Counted from the stretch's first letter, positions 26,290-41,033 are shown. The stretch is 64,000 nucleotides of DNA from Vicugna vicugna (GCA_013265495.1 MU058037.1:1117498-1181497); one strand, 5' to 3'. The notes: generated by a model from the letters alone, not told the origin. Translations and numbers: made by a program.

Positions 26290-26700
26290 CGCCTAGCCTA
26301 CCCTGTAGGTAGGGATGGCCACTTGCCCCAATCCTACTCAGTGAGAAAAAAAGGGAAGACATCTGGGAATATTCTAGAAGGCTCTGGTTTTTTCTGGTAT
26401 AAGAGATAGACATGGCCCTCACTGGCCCTTCCTCCTTCTTCCTGCCCTGATGGCAGATGTGACATATGCAGCTGTGGCAGCCACCTTACAACTGTGAGTT
26501 ATCTAACACAACATCAAAAGGCCAACACACTAAGAAGAGTAGAGTGGAAAGAAAGAAGCTGGCTCTTTGACAACACCGGGCAACAGCAAAACCAGTACAG
26601 CCACCTGCGTCTAGACTTTTGTCAAATAAGAAAATGGGCTTTTAAGTTTTTAAGCCACTCTTGGAAAGGTTTTCTGAAACCTTTAAAAGAAGGCATTCTG
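26290..26700 (+). mobile_element. Old MaLR (MLT1K/L-like) LTR
   Basis: 'ttcttcctgccctga...agctgtggcagccacctt...tttaagccact'. Boundaries approximate. Confidence 0.55.
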
Positions 26701-26861
26701 ATGCACAGATAAGAGGTATTTTACGTGATGACTGACAAAGAGGATGATGACCCAAGAGACCAATGGTAGGTTTTACGAGTCAAAAATTTACAAAGAGGTG
26801 AAAAAGAATTGCTTGTCAAATGACCAGTTAAGATAAAATCTCCTCGATCGTTTTCACCAAC

Positions 26862-26945
26862 CTGGGGGATCATAGCGCTCAGCTGGGAAATGTTCATTTT
26901 GTTGTACATGGCCTCACTGGTTCGGTTTTCATGTGGAATCATTAT
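26862..26945 (-). CDS. PHEX: PHEX exon 8 (84 nt)
   Basis: ccaacag|ATA ATG...CCC CAG|gttggt; IMIPHENRTSEAMYNKMNISQLSAMIPQ (inside ORF 26721..27020). Confidence 0.97.
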
Positions 26946-29638
26946 CTGTTGGAAAGAGACTTTGGTTATTTTTTCAAATGAACCATTTCTTACTGCATGA
27001 CTACTTTCTACATGTGCCAAAACATCTGCATAGTATCATAAACTTTTTTAAGATTTTGGTGTGCTGCCAAATCTGAGACATAGAAAAAAAGATACCACTT
27101 TAGGCAAGATTAAGAAAATAAAAAGAAATTTTCCAGTCCTGTTCAGTGTGAAACACTGTCCTTGGTACAAAAATAACTACTCAAAGCCCTCCCTAACCTA
27201 TAATGTGGATGAACAAAATCTATTACTGGCTCAGGTTTGACAGCCAAACTAAGGTTGGGCAATTGAGACAAACAAACATCCCGCCGTCACCTGTGGTGTC
27301 CCGGTAATGACCTCAGTAGTTCATGGACTACAGACCACCCCTTCATCCCTAGAGGAACAGTGTCACTGAAGAGCTGTCTGAACAGCACTGCCACCCGTGA
27401 CCATTCTGTCCACAGCTCGTTTCCTCACGTCTCCTATTCCCTCTGGTTTCTCTGGCCTTAAGACTCCCCTGGCCCCACTGCTAGGGGTGTGGGTTCAGCC
27501 ACCAGTCAGACACACTTCCAACTCTCCATCTCCAGCCCTGGCTCTTTCCATTCCCAGTACTTATGCTCTTGGCCAACTTGCCAATGCCAAATCTAAGCTT
27601 CTGGCCTCTGCCATGTTTGATCTAAGAAGAGCAACAATGATGACCTTCCTCAAGGGCCATCTTAATCACTTCCATGGACAGATAGCAGCTCCCCATGCCC
27701 CTGAGCCACACTATGATTTTGCCTTAAGGCCCTCCATCACCTGAGTCCCTTACATTAAACTTGCCACCTTCCAACTCACACAGGACTCTCCTTACCCTGG
27801 CATCCCTATCCACCATCACCACCTTCATGGTTTGAACTATAATTCAAGACTGCCTGTGATTCATTTTCTCTTTCAAGTCTTTCCAATTAGCCTCCATTTG
27901 GCTCTAATCTCAAGGGACACGCCATCAACAAGACCTCCCTTTATATACACCTCTCTAGCTGGGATCAGTTAATGCAAACTTCCATGGCTGTATTTACATT
28001 TTTTGTATTTAGCTAGGTTTTCCTGTCTCCCCAGCTTCAGAAATTTCCCTAGGACTACGTGCCCCACTAATTTTCAATGTCCCTAGTGACCTGGGACTTA
28101 AGAGACAAAGGTGAGCATTACTGGTGGACCAAAAATCCTCAAATCACAAATTTTTCAAGACAAAATCACAGAGGGCTGAGTGGCAGACATCTGCCCCTCT
28201 TTCCTAAATGCTTCAGTGCCCTCAGCTTCTCCCTCCTCGCCCTCAACTAGAGAGACTTCATGTAACTTATAAACAGCTTCCTGGCTCTAGGTGAGGCACT
28301 GCCTCTGAGAACATCCACACTCCTCCTCCCTCTACTCAGGCTCACAGGCCCAGGTTGGAGCCCTCTGGCCTCAAAGCTGTTTTCAGCTCTCTGCCAGCTA
28401 CATTGTCCCACCCCATGTATTTGTCACTTCATTTAGCCTCTTGACAATTCCCAGTCTTGCCTCAGCCCAGCTGTTTTTAGTTCCCTTTTTGGTCCAAATC
28501 CCTGGCTCATAGCAAGGCCTTTCCCGCTGTTCAGAGCTTCAGTCCAAATTGGATCTCTGGGTCTCCAATTAGCCTGGGAAGGGAACCCAGATGGCCTCTA
28601 GACATGGCTTAGAGGCAGTGTGTGACTCCAGGACATCTGCAGCGGTCCTTGCACAGTCTTCAAAGGTGACATGCAGGAATGAACTTTTTGCGCTGCAAGG
28701 AGCCATCTGGAGAAAGATCCACACACACCGCCGCCGCCGAGAGAACAATTCCTCCTGACCCTGCCCATCACCCCACTCTTCACCTCGGCGCCCCCCACCA
28801 CCACCTCGCCAAACACAAACCCAGCAACACTCAGACTCACATGCACTTCAGGGTTTTGGCCAACTTCTGTTATAAAACACTACCAACCAATATGCAACAG
28901 TTTCTTGACAAAAGGATCATTTTTTTTTCACTACCAGGTATCTACACAAGCAGATTTCACCATATTTGTTCCCTCTGGTCCTGGGAATGTATACAGACTT
29001 TATACTTTGCTTCTTCTAGAAAAAGTTATTCTTTTAGGATTTCTCATGATTCTCCCATAAGTTTTTTCTTATATCTTTTTGTCTCCACCATGAGCCTGAA
29101 CGAATTTAAAAGGTGACCTATACAGAACACAGCATATGACAAAATGACATTCGTTAAACTGGGGCAAGAAAAGAATGAAAAACAGGCCTGGGGACAAAGC
29201 AGCAATAGAAAGACAGCTAAAAAATACTTACCAACATGCTTGAATACACTTTCTGTATCAAATTATGTATCCACTATGGGTGGATATAGACATCCCAAAG
29301 TTCCAATCTTAGATCAGACTGACTCTGAGTAGGAATGGTGTATAGAGTGGACTAGACTAAAAATAACCTTCTACTCAAGCCAAATCACTAAGGATGTATT
29401 AAATATATATTCTTCAGTTGAAGCCAAATAGGAGTTTCTGTAGGAAAATAAGTGTCTCTCCCTGCTGCTGTCCTGAATGGGCTTCAAACAGAGAGGCAGG
29501 AGGAATGAAGAGCTCTTCTTTCTGTCATGGTTTTTCTTCCTGTTACTTCCCAGGGAGGAGGGGTGGGGATGATATTAGTTCTACCTTAGACCCAAAGGAC
29601 AATGTCACAGAACACTTCTTTATTCATATTTTCATTCA

Positions 29639-29959
<321 letters not shown>

Positions 29960-32352
29960 CTACCAACTACCCACCTGCCAACTTGGGACAAAGAAGAGTG
30001 ATGGCTCCTTGAGTTACTGCTTCCAAGAGAGACAGAGATGTCCAGCCACCAGAGAACTGGTTTTCTGGCAACCACAGATATTATGGATACATGAAACATC
30101 TCCAAATGAGCCCAGAATAGTTAAAAATCAGACTCCTCTTTCCAGGCAAGTAAGGCTCTAAAAAATTAATGGGGAAGAACTATTGCTAAAAGCAGGAGGC
30201 ATGATCCATGAAGACTGGTGGGAACTATGATTCATTCTCTTCCAGCTCAATTTACCCACCTTCACACTAAGAAACAAAGGACAAGCGATCACAGCCCTAT
30301 GTCTTTTCAGTTTTGTATGGTTTGTACAAAGTCCTCCTCACTAACTCAGGGGAAAAAGGGAGAGAAGAGAGGAATGATGAAGAGAAACCTAGCAAATATA
30401 GAATTTCCTCCCTGCATGTTCATAAACCCATTTTCAAGCTATTCATATGTTACTGGAGTGGGGGACCTTACTTTATGGGAAATGAGGAATCTTGTTGGAG
30501 GTCACCTCCCCTTTCAGATATATTTGTGAGAACTCAATACACCAGGTGTTAAACTGTTTCATACTTATGCTATGAGAATAAGATTTTCTAACAAACACCT
30601 TGATTCTGTAGAGCTGTTCTTACAATGTTCATGACTTTGAGACCTATACAGTGCTTGGCATATAGCAGGCCCTGAATAAATATTTGTTGAATCAGTAAGC
30701 AAGCTTTGCAAATAATTATAATTAGAAATGTTTTGCAATTCGCAGTTCATTTCCAAAAATATTTATTCAGTCAGTACACATGCAAGATGTATTGCTAGTC
30801 CTTCTGTGCGCATGAGGTGTACAGATGAAAAATTAAATAATACTCGAGTCTGGTCCTCAGTGTGAGATCCCGTGAGGGAGATAAACAGGTCATTATTAAC
30901 TGTAACACTAGCAAGACCAAAATAAGTTTCTTAATAAAGTTGCTAAGTGCTTGGAAACTCAAGAACAGGACAATTTCAGCCTTGAGAAACCACGGACATA
31001 GTATTTAAAGGAGACAAGTTCAGGAGCAGTGAGGAGTCCTGTGAGGTGGGTGAGCTGCCTTTGTTGGGGGGAAGAATAAAAATAGATGAGACAGCAAAGG
31101 TGGTTTAGGACCAGGTCTTGAAGAGGCCTTGAACTCCCCCTCAGGAACTGAGAGCCTAGCTTATAAGCAGAAGCATGCTGGGAGCTATGCTTTGAGAAGA
31201 GAACTTGTTAAGTGGGGCTAAGAAGGCAAAGAAATGAAGGGGAGGAGGAAAGAGTTAAAACGCTACTGGCTATCGTCAAGTCAGGGTTAACAAGGCTCTA
31301 ACCTAGGGCAGTAAGTACGGAAAGCAGGGACCAGGTGGAAGAGATATTTTGAAGGCAGAATCTACAAGACCTGACTGACTGATTATAGGGCGGGGAGAAG
31401 ATATCAAGCCTGGTTGTTTATAGGGTGGTGACCCCAGAAGAAACAGAGATGCCAAAAGTTCAAACAGACTGGCAAAAGTTCACTCTGTCCACTATCGAGA
31501 AGAAAAACTTGCCAACTTTCTCGGATGAGTGCCCTCAGCCAGAAAGTTGCCTAGGATCTTGGCTAGCTTTCTGCCTGCCAGACCCTTCTAGATACAGGGT
31601 TTCCTATCAGCAAAGGAACAGGGAATTCCACTGCAAGCCTGCACTTCCCAGTCTAAGTTCCTGCATTCTTAGGCTGAGCCAGAAACCTGAGAGCTCCCTG
31701 GTTAAGGGTCCCCTGGGTCTGAGGCTCCTTTGGAAGTTTAATAAAGTTTCCAAAATGAATTCAAAGTGTCAGGAATAAACCAGCTCTAATCCAATCTCCA
31801 GGAAACTACTAGGTTTCCAAGCCAACCCAAGAAGTCGAACCAGATTGATCCCATCTGTTTCTCATTAACCTTACATTAACCTGGAGCACAAGTTAAGAAA
31901 ACAGATTCCTGAGCCCCACTTCAAGTCTACTAAATTGGACTCTCCATGGCTGAGGCCGAAAAACGAACATTGAATAGAAATTTCTCAGGTGATCAATTTG
32001 GGAACCACTGTCGACTGGGTATCCATCCCCACACTTCTACAATATATTGTGAGCTCTCTGCACTTGTGAGGAATGGCTGCAAGCTCATTCCTTGGTTACT
32101 CCATTTTTGGGTGTCTTCCCAGCTCAACCATGAGGGCACTAAGCACAGTGACTTGTACAGCCTTCATTCCCAGACTTTCAGGAAACAGGGAGTGTCATTT
32201 ATCGGCCTGAATAAAAGGACTTTGCTTCCTACATTGGGAAGATGGTCATCAAACACCCACACTGCTCAATTCCCTCAATTCTAGTAAAGAGTCAGGGATC
32301 CGAGAACAACTTACGAACCCAACAATGCCCGACAAGGTGCAGTCAAACTTAC

Positions 32353-32421
32353 AGACTTGGCTTCTGTGCTATTATCAAGGTAGTCTTCCCTCACGGCTAG
32401 AGAGAGCGCTGCTTGGTCCAG
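32353..32421 (-). CDS. PHEX: PHEX exon 6 (69 nt)
   Basis: ttcaacag|CTG GAC...AAG TCT|gtaagt; LDQAALSLAVREDYLDNSTEAKS. Confidence 0.97.
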
Positions 32422-32843
32422 CTGTTGAAACAAAATACAAAGCATTTTGCTTGCAGCATAAATTCTCAAGTACCATGGTAACAAGAGTCAAGAGATCTAC
32501 ACCCCAGCCATGTTTTGAGCATGTGTCACCATTAGAAAAACAATTAACTACGCTCAGAGTTACTTGCAAACAGGCACTTCAGCAATGAAAGATAGTATAA
32601 AGTATCAGAGACCTGCCCCTGCTTCATGATTTCTAACCCTTTTGAGGTTCTATCAATATTGAATAGCATCAAAGCTATTTGAGTTGGAATAGGTCTTAGA
32701 GATTATCTGATTCTCCCCCTTATTTGATGGGTGGAGAAACAAAATCCAGGGCAGTGATGTGACTTCCCCAAGTTAACAGTAACACAGCTAGGCAGAGCTC
32801 AGAGAATCATTGTCTCTTGTCACCAGACCCACCCTTCTTCTCT

Positions 32844-33226
32844 AGAGATTATCATACTCAGTGAAGTCAGACACAGATAGACAAATATCATATGATATCT
32901 CTTATATGTGGAATCTTAAAAAAAAAAAAGATACAAAAGAACTTATTTATAAAACAGAAATAGACTCACAAACATAGAAAACTTATGGTTACCAAAAGGG
33001 GGGGGAGATAAATTAGGAGTTTGGGATTAACACATACACACTACTGTATATAAAACAGATAAGCAACAAGGACCTACTGTATAGCACAGGGAACTATATT
33101 CAGAATCTTGTAATAACCTATAATGGAAAAGAATCTGAAAAACAATATACATATATAAATGAATCAGTCTGCTGTACACCTGAAACGAACACAACACTGT
33201 AAGTCAACTATACTTCAATTTTTCAA
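32844..33226 (+). mobile_element. Cetartiodactyl-type L1 3' end
   Basis: 'gacctactgtatagcacagggaactatattc...aacacaacactgtaagtcaactatacttcaa'. Confidence 0.85.
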
Positions 33227-33229
33227 AAT

Positions 33230-34400
33230 GTGCTACAATTGGACATCCATTTGCCAAAAAAATTAATCTCAACCCATACCTCAAAACTTGTACAAAAATT
33301 AATTCAAGATGGATCACAGACCCACATGTAAAACCTAACACTATAAAACTTCTATAAGAAAACATAGAGGAAAATCTTTTTCCCATAAGGTGACTTTTCT
33401 TTACTCCCAGTGCCCCAAACTCTTTCTAGACAGAGTTCTTAGAAACAACACAAAAATCAGAGCCATAAGAGAAAAAATAAATTGGACTTCATCATCATTA
33501 AAATTTTTTGTTCTGTAAAAGACATTGTTAAGAGAATGAAAAAGACAAGCTACAGACAGGGAGAAAATATTTGAAAATCACATGACAAAGGACTTGTATC
33601 CAGAATATATAAAGAGCCCTCACAACTCAGTAAGAAAACAAACCCAATTTAAAACTGGACAAAAGATCTGAACAGACACTTCACCACAGAAAATATTCAG
33701 ATGGAAAATAAATTAATGAAAAGATGCTGAACATCACTAGTTATTAGCAAAAAGTAAATTAAACCCACATAAAACACCACTACACAGCTACTAGATTGGC
33801 CAAAAAAAACCCAAAACCTGGTAATACCAACTGCTGACAAGGATGTGGAAAAATTGGATCACTCATACACTGCTAGTGGGAATGAAACATGGCAGAGCCA
33901 CTTTGGAAACCAGTTTGACAGTTTTTTATGAAGTTAAACATACACCTATGTATGACCTCTCACTTCCTAGCTATTTACCCAAGATAAATAAAAAGTATGC
34001 TCACACAAAAACCTACATGTAACATTATTCATTATCACCAAAAAATGGAAACAACCCAAATTTTCCTTAACTGGCAAATGGATAAACTCTGATACACGAT
34101 GGACTGCTACTCAGTCCTAAAAAGGAATGAACTACTGATACATGCAACAACATGGGCAAATTTTAATCACATTCCAAAAAAAGGCAAAACTACAGGGACA
34201 GAAAATAGGGTTCGGGGATGGGGAAAGTGGATGACTACAATAGGACAACATGAGGTAAATTTGGGGCAAGTGATGGAACTATTCTCTTTCTTGGTTATGG
34301 TGGTGATTACATGACTCCATGCATTTGTAAAAACTTAAAAGGCTTGTGCATCACAAAAAGTGAATTTAACTGTATGTAAATTCTAAAATAAGTAAAATTT
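33230..34400 (+). mobile_element. Older L1 (L1MB/MC-like) ORF2 end and 3' UTR, degraded
   Basis: Typical L1 motifs (aattaattcaagatggatcacaga; gatctgaacagacacttcacca; aaaaggaatgaactactgatacatgcaacaacatgg). Confidence 0.85.
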
Positions 34401-37400
34401 TTTAAAGGTCCAGGAACTTCTCTAAATCTATGGCTGTTCTTTCTTGAATATTAGTAACTGCCCAAGGACTGAGTAAAACTGATCCCAACAGCAGATTTTA
34501 TAACTTAAATCTTACTCACATTTAAAAAAAAGTTAAGCCACATTAATAAAATACAAAATCTAAATGATAAATCTAAAGTTAGTGGCACCTGAATAAAAAC
34601 TGGATCCTACATGCCCCTATCATAAGTTTATATGTCTTTACGTTGTTTTGATCTATCTCCTCTAATTTCGTCTTTCTCTTACTGTAATCTCAAAAAATTT
34701 TTAATACATAAACTCTGTATAGGATCATCATTTTCTATGAAAATCCCCTTCATACCCAAGAAATTCCACAAAGGCCAAGTTAAGAGTTAGTTATGAAAAA
34801 TTCAAGGAAACATATTGCTCTTGTTTCAAGGGGGAAGAAGATGTTTTTATAACATCCATCATGCCTGTATGTATTGTTAAAAACCTCAAATTATTGTGTT
34901 CGATCTTCCCTAATTGACCTCAAACAATCAAGTCACAAGCCGGCCTGGCTTCACTGTATTCCAATTCCCAGTATACCACCATTTCTTCCAAAAATTTAGT
35001 AAGCCAGGAAGATGAAACACAATATTATGATTAAGATGCTTTGGCTTTCAATTAGATTTGGACCACTTGGAGAATTTTTTAAGCTTTAGTCTCAAAGGAA
35101 AGGAAACTGTGTAGACAATATCAAGAAAGCCAAAGCTTCCCTCTGATGAAATGAAGTTAAATCCCCTTATTATAAAAGTTTAGACGATCCAAGTGAAGTT
35201 ACCAGACATTTTTTAAACCTTCAGATTGCTATGGTTTCTAGGGAACATCTTAAATATACCAAACAGATTGAATAAAGTCAGTTAACCAAATCTCATTAGA
35301 CACATACAAACTCTTGAGGCAAAAGGCTTTCTCAAGAGGCCAATATTAGGACACTATGCTACCTGAGGTTTTTTAATCCCAGCATTTATAACTAATATGA
35401 ATATTGCAAGTAGGAAATATGTGCTTAGGAAATCCAATATTTTGAACTCAAATATGAATTTTTTTTGCCAACTGCAATAAACCACAGATTAGGAAACAAA
35501 GTAGTAATACAAAAAGAAACATCACACAAATTGTGATGTAGGAAAAAGGACAAAGAAGTTAGAAAAAGTTCGTTTCCAAGGAAATCTCTCCTTGTCATCC
35601 TTATGGATTTTGCAGGCCACTGGGTGATGATGACTTTAAGTCACTGTTTCAGTAACAAATACTGAGACAACTCTGGCCTTCCAAACACTCTTTCAGGATC
35701 ATGTATATTCAAGTCTTTTATTGTTCCTTAAATCCTTATTCTTGCTATCTCCTTACACAAAATAAACCCAAACATATGTAGCAAAATATGTTTTGAGGCA
35801 TTAACTTCTGTTGTTTCCTGCATTTTTATACTTCCTTTCTCCCATTTAAGCCTGCGGCCAATTCTGCGCCACCTTGCCACAGCGGGAACTTCACAGAGGA
35901 CCACTGTGTGCATCTGAGCAACCCTTGTTGCCAAACTGCATGTCCTGGGTGTGAGAGTGCATCTGCCCATTGGAAAGGCGCCACCTGCTCACCCAACAGT
36001 ATGCCCACAGTGCTGTGTCTTCCCGAAGGAGTCCTTTTTCTTATTTCCATGGGTTTGTAGGATTAGAAAAGCTAGGAACATTGAGTAAAGTAGAACATGA
36101 CAGAAAAGGAAGTCTAAGTACAATGAGGGAGGAGAGTTTGGGGTAAGAGAGAGTTCTCCCAGAGCAAAAAGAGAATCTCCTTGACAGCCAAAGAAGTCAG
36201 TTTCTCGTGAGCAGAGAGACCAGTCAGTGCCCCTAGAAAATGGCAGGATTCGAGAGGGGGTGGGAGGTCCAGGGCCCCAGCAGCAGAGAGGCACACTTGA
36301 AGGGGCCACATGGGCTGGGATGGCAGGTTTCTTTTCAGAAACAGGTAACTGATGATCGGAGGGTACTCCTCCCAGTGCCCTTGGAGAAACCTGAGAAATG
36401 GGGTAGATGGGAGGTGCAGAAGGGCCGAGACTGGTTCTGTTTCCAACTAAAAGGTGAGGTGGAAGCTCAGAATCAGAGATGAGATTGACTAAAGAAAATG
36501 CCTATTTCTCACACATCTGAACTTGAGATCTGAGAGGTGGGTTTGGCACAAAAACTGAAGAGAAACATTCCCCAAATGGTTCTGACCAGTTGCCTGGTCA
36601 TGCTTTAAGGGAAAGGTACCTTTGTCATGTGCCACTGTATACTAGTATCTCTCCTGTAAACTGTCACCAAATTCAGCTCATTTAAATCTCACAGCAACAG
36701 TGAAAAGTAAATTCTAATTCTCTCTTCATTACACACAGGGAAAAAGACTGGGAGACGTAAAACAATTTGCTCAAAGACATTCCATGAATAAATCACAAAG
36801 CCAAACCATGAACCTAATCTCTTTAACTCCAAAGCCTACTCTTTTTTACATTACAGCAGTGATTTTCAAACTATGTTCCACAAAACCTAAAAGGTGCTTC
36901 AAAGGCTCCAAATATGCTGTTAGCTTTTTTAAAGTCTTAACTATTTCTAATAAAAGCAACTACATGGGCAGCCATCAATACACTAGTTTTTTTTTTTTTT
37001 TTTGTCAGGTTCACTGGGTTTTATGCCGTTCTCAGAAGAAAGCTTTTCCTACCAGTATCTAGACACATGCTTGAACTTCTTGCAGCTGTGTCATCATTAG
37101 GATGACTGCAGCTTTGTTCTGTTAATGCAGGTGTCTGAATATTCACACATATAAAACGGTACCCACACGGAAGAACAGGGATATAACTAAAGCAAACGTG
37201 CACTGCACTCAAATGCCAGGCCACACTCAAACATCAGTTTGGAAGAAGCTGCCATCTTGGCAGACGAGAGCAGCAGTAAGCACATGAATGCCTCTTTACA
37301 TTTTGAGAGTGTTCCACCATTGACAGTTCAGTGTTTCTAGGATCAGTTTAATTGAATATTAAGCGTGCAAGGCAAGCTGTTAAAAACTGATTACCATGTT

Positions 37401-37419
37401 CCTCTATTTCCCACGCTTC

Positions 37420-38225
37420 CTATAAGCTGATAGTAAAACTAGAGGCTTGATTAGATCCGGGTTCATTTTTTTTCTTTTCTTTTGGCATCACTGGTGATAG
37501 TGTATGCTTCCCACCACGTGGTATCAGGAGGCACACAAAATCTGGTTGCCCCACTTTTAGCAATGCTACCATTTGATACATGAGTTCTTCTGATGTCAGT
37601 CTGATCTCCTTGTCCTGAATTTCCCCAACAACCATTCATCTAATAGTTTCAGCAGCTATTGGTGATAGCGGCCTTGATCCTTTATTTCATTAGGGATCTT
37701 TAAAAATGGTAACTTTTTAATCCTATTATTCCTCCTGCATTTTTAAAACTGATTCTCCTACAAAAAAAGAATTTTCCCTCATTAGCTATTAGGTTACCCT
37801 GAAATCAGTCAAATCCAGTATGTTGTATATTAAAATAGACATATCAACCAAATCCACAACGCGATTCTTTTTTGAAACCTGAATCAAAGACCAACAGTTT
37901 AATTTTTTTTAAAGGATGTATTTGAGACAATTAGGAAAACTGAGAATTAACTGAGTATTAAATGTTAATTATGGAATTATAATTACTTTTTTGGTTGTGG
38001 TAATAGTCCTTTCCATCAGATAAACACTGATGCATTTACTAGTGTAATCATCTCATACCTTGGATTTGCTATAAAATGCTCCAGCCTCCCCTCCAAAAGG
38101 AGGGGTTTAGACAAAACAGGAAGAGCCAAAAGTTGCTGGCTGTTGAAGTTGGGTTGATGAGTACATGGGAGTTTGTTGTACTGTTCTTCTTACTTTTATT
38201 TGTATTATTTTCAATAAATAAATTC
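37420..38225. mobile_element. Old L1MC/ME 3' fragments (two pieces in opposite orientation)
   Basis: Recognisable L1M 3' UTR motifs (tgatgagtacatgggagtttgttgtactgttc). Boundaries approximate. Confidence 0.55.
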
Positions 38226-38671
38226 AATCGTTAGACTAGGTCCAGAAATTGGCAAAAAATGAAATGGTTATCATTTGCCTGTGTGTGAATCAAGATCTTC
38301 CATCATGCAACAGAGTGCATAAACTTAGGTTTGAAAGAGTCTCCAGCCTACTTCAAAACACCACTTAAGGAGTTTAGAAAGGATATCATACTAGTTCTGG
38401 AATTAAGCATGAAAGTCTTAAAACCTGGTGTGTTTGTTTAAGTAAGCAATCTATCAACATGGGACAGCGGTCGCCTGGACCATCACCATCATGTAGACCA
38501 CTGAAGAGCAGGTCTCATCTGGATAGTATTAGAATATGTCTCAGTGCCATGCAGTTGTTCCATCACCCAACGTGGAAATACAGCTGTCTCTGTAACTAAG
38601 AATTTGCTCTTGAGTAGATGGGAATTCGTTCAGTGACTAAAGATTTTTTTATTGAGACTTCTACTGCCTAA

Positions 38672-38845
38672 ACTAGAGATGACAAATCGCAGCCCGCAGG
38701 CTAGCCCGCCGTACACCACACGCACTTATGTTCACGCTGCCTACAGCTGCTTCACCGGGGACAACAGCAGAGTTGTTGCATGGCCCACACAGCCTAAAAT
38801 ATTTACTATCTGGTCCTTTACAGAAAAACATTTGAATGCCCCTTG
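38672..38845. mobile_element. MER58-like hAT MITE
   Basis: 'gcctaaaatatttactatctggtcctttacagaaaaa'. Confidence 0.75.
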
Positions 38846-39751
38846 GTATAAATCAAAAAATAAACTCCAGGGTGTCAATTTTTAAAAGTTGACTTGTAGC
38901 AAGAGAGGATAATACAGTCTAAAGGTTTTATACTTCAATGATTTAAATATCAATATATCATTATTTTCTGGTTCAACAAAGAACAGAATTGGGAGGGAAA
39001 ATCACTGACTCGACAAAATTTTCATTACCAAAGTAACTATGAAGCCAAAAAAAAAAAAAAAAAAACAAGATCAAAACACAAAGCAATTTGAGAAGTGTTA
39101 TTTGTATTCCTGCCAAGCTCTTTCATTGATGAATCTCATTGTTGGCAGTTTTCCGACAGTCTCCTGATTTGACCAATGTAATACTCCACCTCGCAGTATG
39201 TCCTCATGGCCAATTCCTTTATGGAAGAGATGTTTACTCTCCCAACCAAAAATGCACCCAACCACTTAGACCAGAGCAAGCTCTCTTATCTTTTGAAAGG
39301 AAGGACAAGAGACTCAAGACTATACTTGACAATGAAATCTCAGGCATGTACACAAGATGTTAGCGAAAGGAAAACAAGGACTCACAGCACAGGTTCACTC
39401 CTCCATCAGGAGAGGGAGGAGATCAGAGGAAGAGTAGTTCAGAAAGTCTCTGCAGGTCTGTCCCCCCTGGAATTTAGGGGCCCCACACATACTCAGGGTA
39501 GATATTTGAGGGCCAGATCACAGATCACTTGAAATTCATTCACTGGCTTCCTGAAAGACTGACAAAACCAGTTTGTTCCTGATATACATTCTGTAAATGT
39601 GGGGGAGGGAGAGGGGATAGTCTAGATCCTAGCGGTTAACAGAATTTTTAACCCTATCATTTCACTAAGATGGTAAGAGTCTCTTTCCCTGGGAAGGCAA
39701 CCCAAAAGGTCAACCTCGGACTGAACAGAGAACATGAACAAGTCCTCACTA

Positions 39752-40009
<258 letters not shown>

Positions 40010-41033
40010 TTAGAATTGCAAAGAACTGGATCACCAAACTAGAAAGCAAGTATATCTTTCTCAAGAGAAAATTCCAGTAAGGCCCCGACCTAACTTTTTG
40101 GGAGAGGTGCAGTGGATTGAGCATGACCACAGAGACAGAACTACCCATAACTCACACTTCAACATGACAGTCTAAACCTAGTGTTCTTGTCAGGAGAACT
40201 GACTAGGGAACCTGCCCAACATTTCCAATAAAAGGCAGGCTCACTATATCGACCCAAGCCAATAAGCACTGTGAAGCTGACAACACTCTGCAAGACTATA
40301 GAATAGTCCTAACTAAAGGAAACTGCTCGATAAAACTAATCATTCCCCAATAAAAATGAATCACTGCCTCAGACTCTTTCATCAGCTTTGACTGCCCTCT
40401 TCTAGCTCACCAAGTAATACCCCAAAACCTAAACAAGTTAACATGCTTCCCAGAGGTACTGGCTTCTTCCTGCAATGGTCTTGACAAAACAAACCAGGTA
40501 AAATGTCCAAGTGTCTCCTTTAACTCCAATCAGACCCAGGATGCTGAGACCAGCCTACAGCACCCAACAAAGATGCCTGTTAGGCTGATGGAGAAGCAGA
40601 AGAAGCCTGGCCCACCTGGGGATCTGGGTTTCTCTAAGCCCCAGGAGGTTCCATGGGACATAGCAACAGTCTCAAGTGCCCTCCCTCCCAGGCTCCTCCT
40701 CAAATCAGACGTAGCCTCCAGATTTCGGTTTCTGCACCACATGCAGGAGGGTTTGCCCTTCTGACCCTGTCCAAGTTTCTCATGGACCAACTAACCCAAA
40801 GAATCCAAACCACCCACAGAAATAAAATTTTCTTATTTTCGCCATCAAGCCAGGAACAGGACATTAAGACCAGGCTAGTCAAAATTCAGTCTCGGACAAC
40901 TGCTCCTTCCTTAAACAACATTTTAATAGAAATCTTAGTAGTTATCTTTTTACTTAAACAATATCTATAACCATTAATAGAACTCTGAAGAATAAGGGTG
41001 GTAAATATTTTATTTATTTTCTTTATTACTCAC

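Noticed and set aside
25775..26296. 173-aa Pro-rich ORF and overlapping Gly/Arg-rich ORFs
   Set aside because: Produced by the C/T low-complexity tract, which lacks stop codons.
28679..29116. 145-aa His/Pro-rich ORF
   Set aside because: Low-complexity origin and no recognisable homology.
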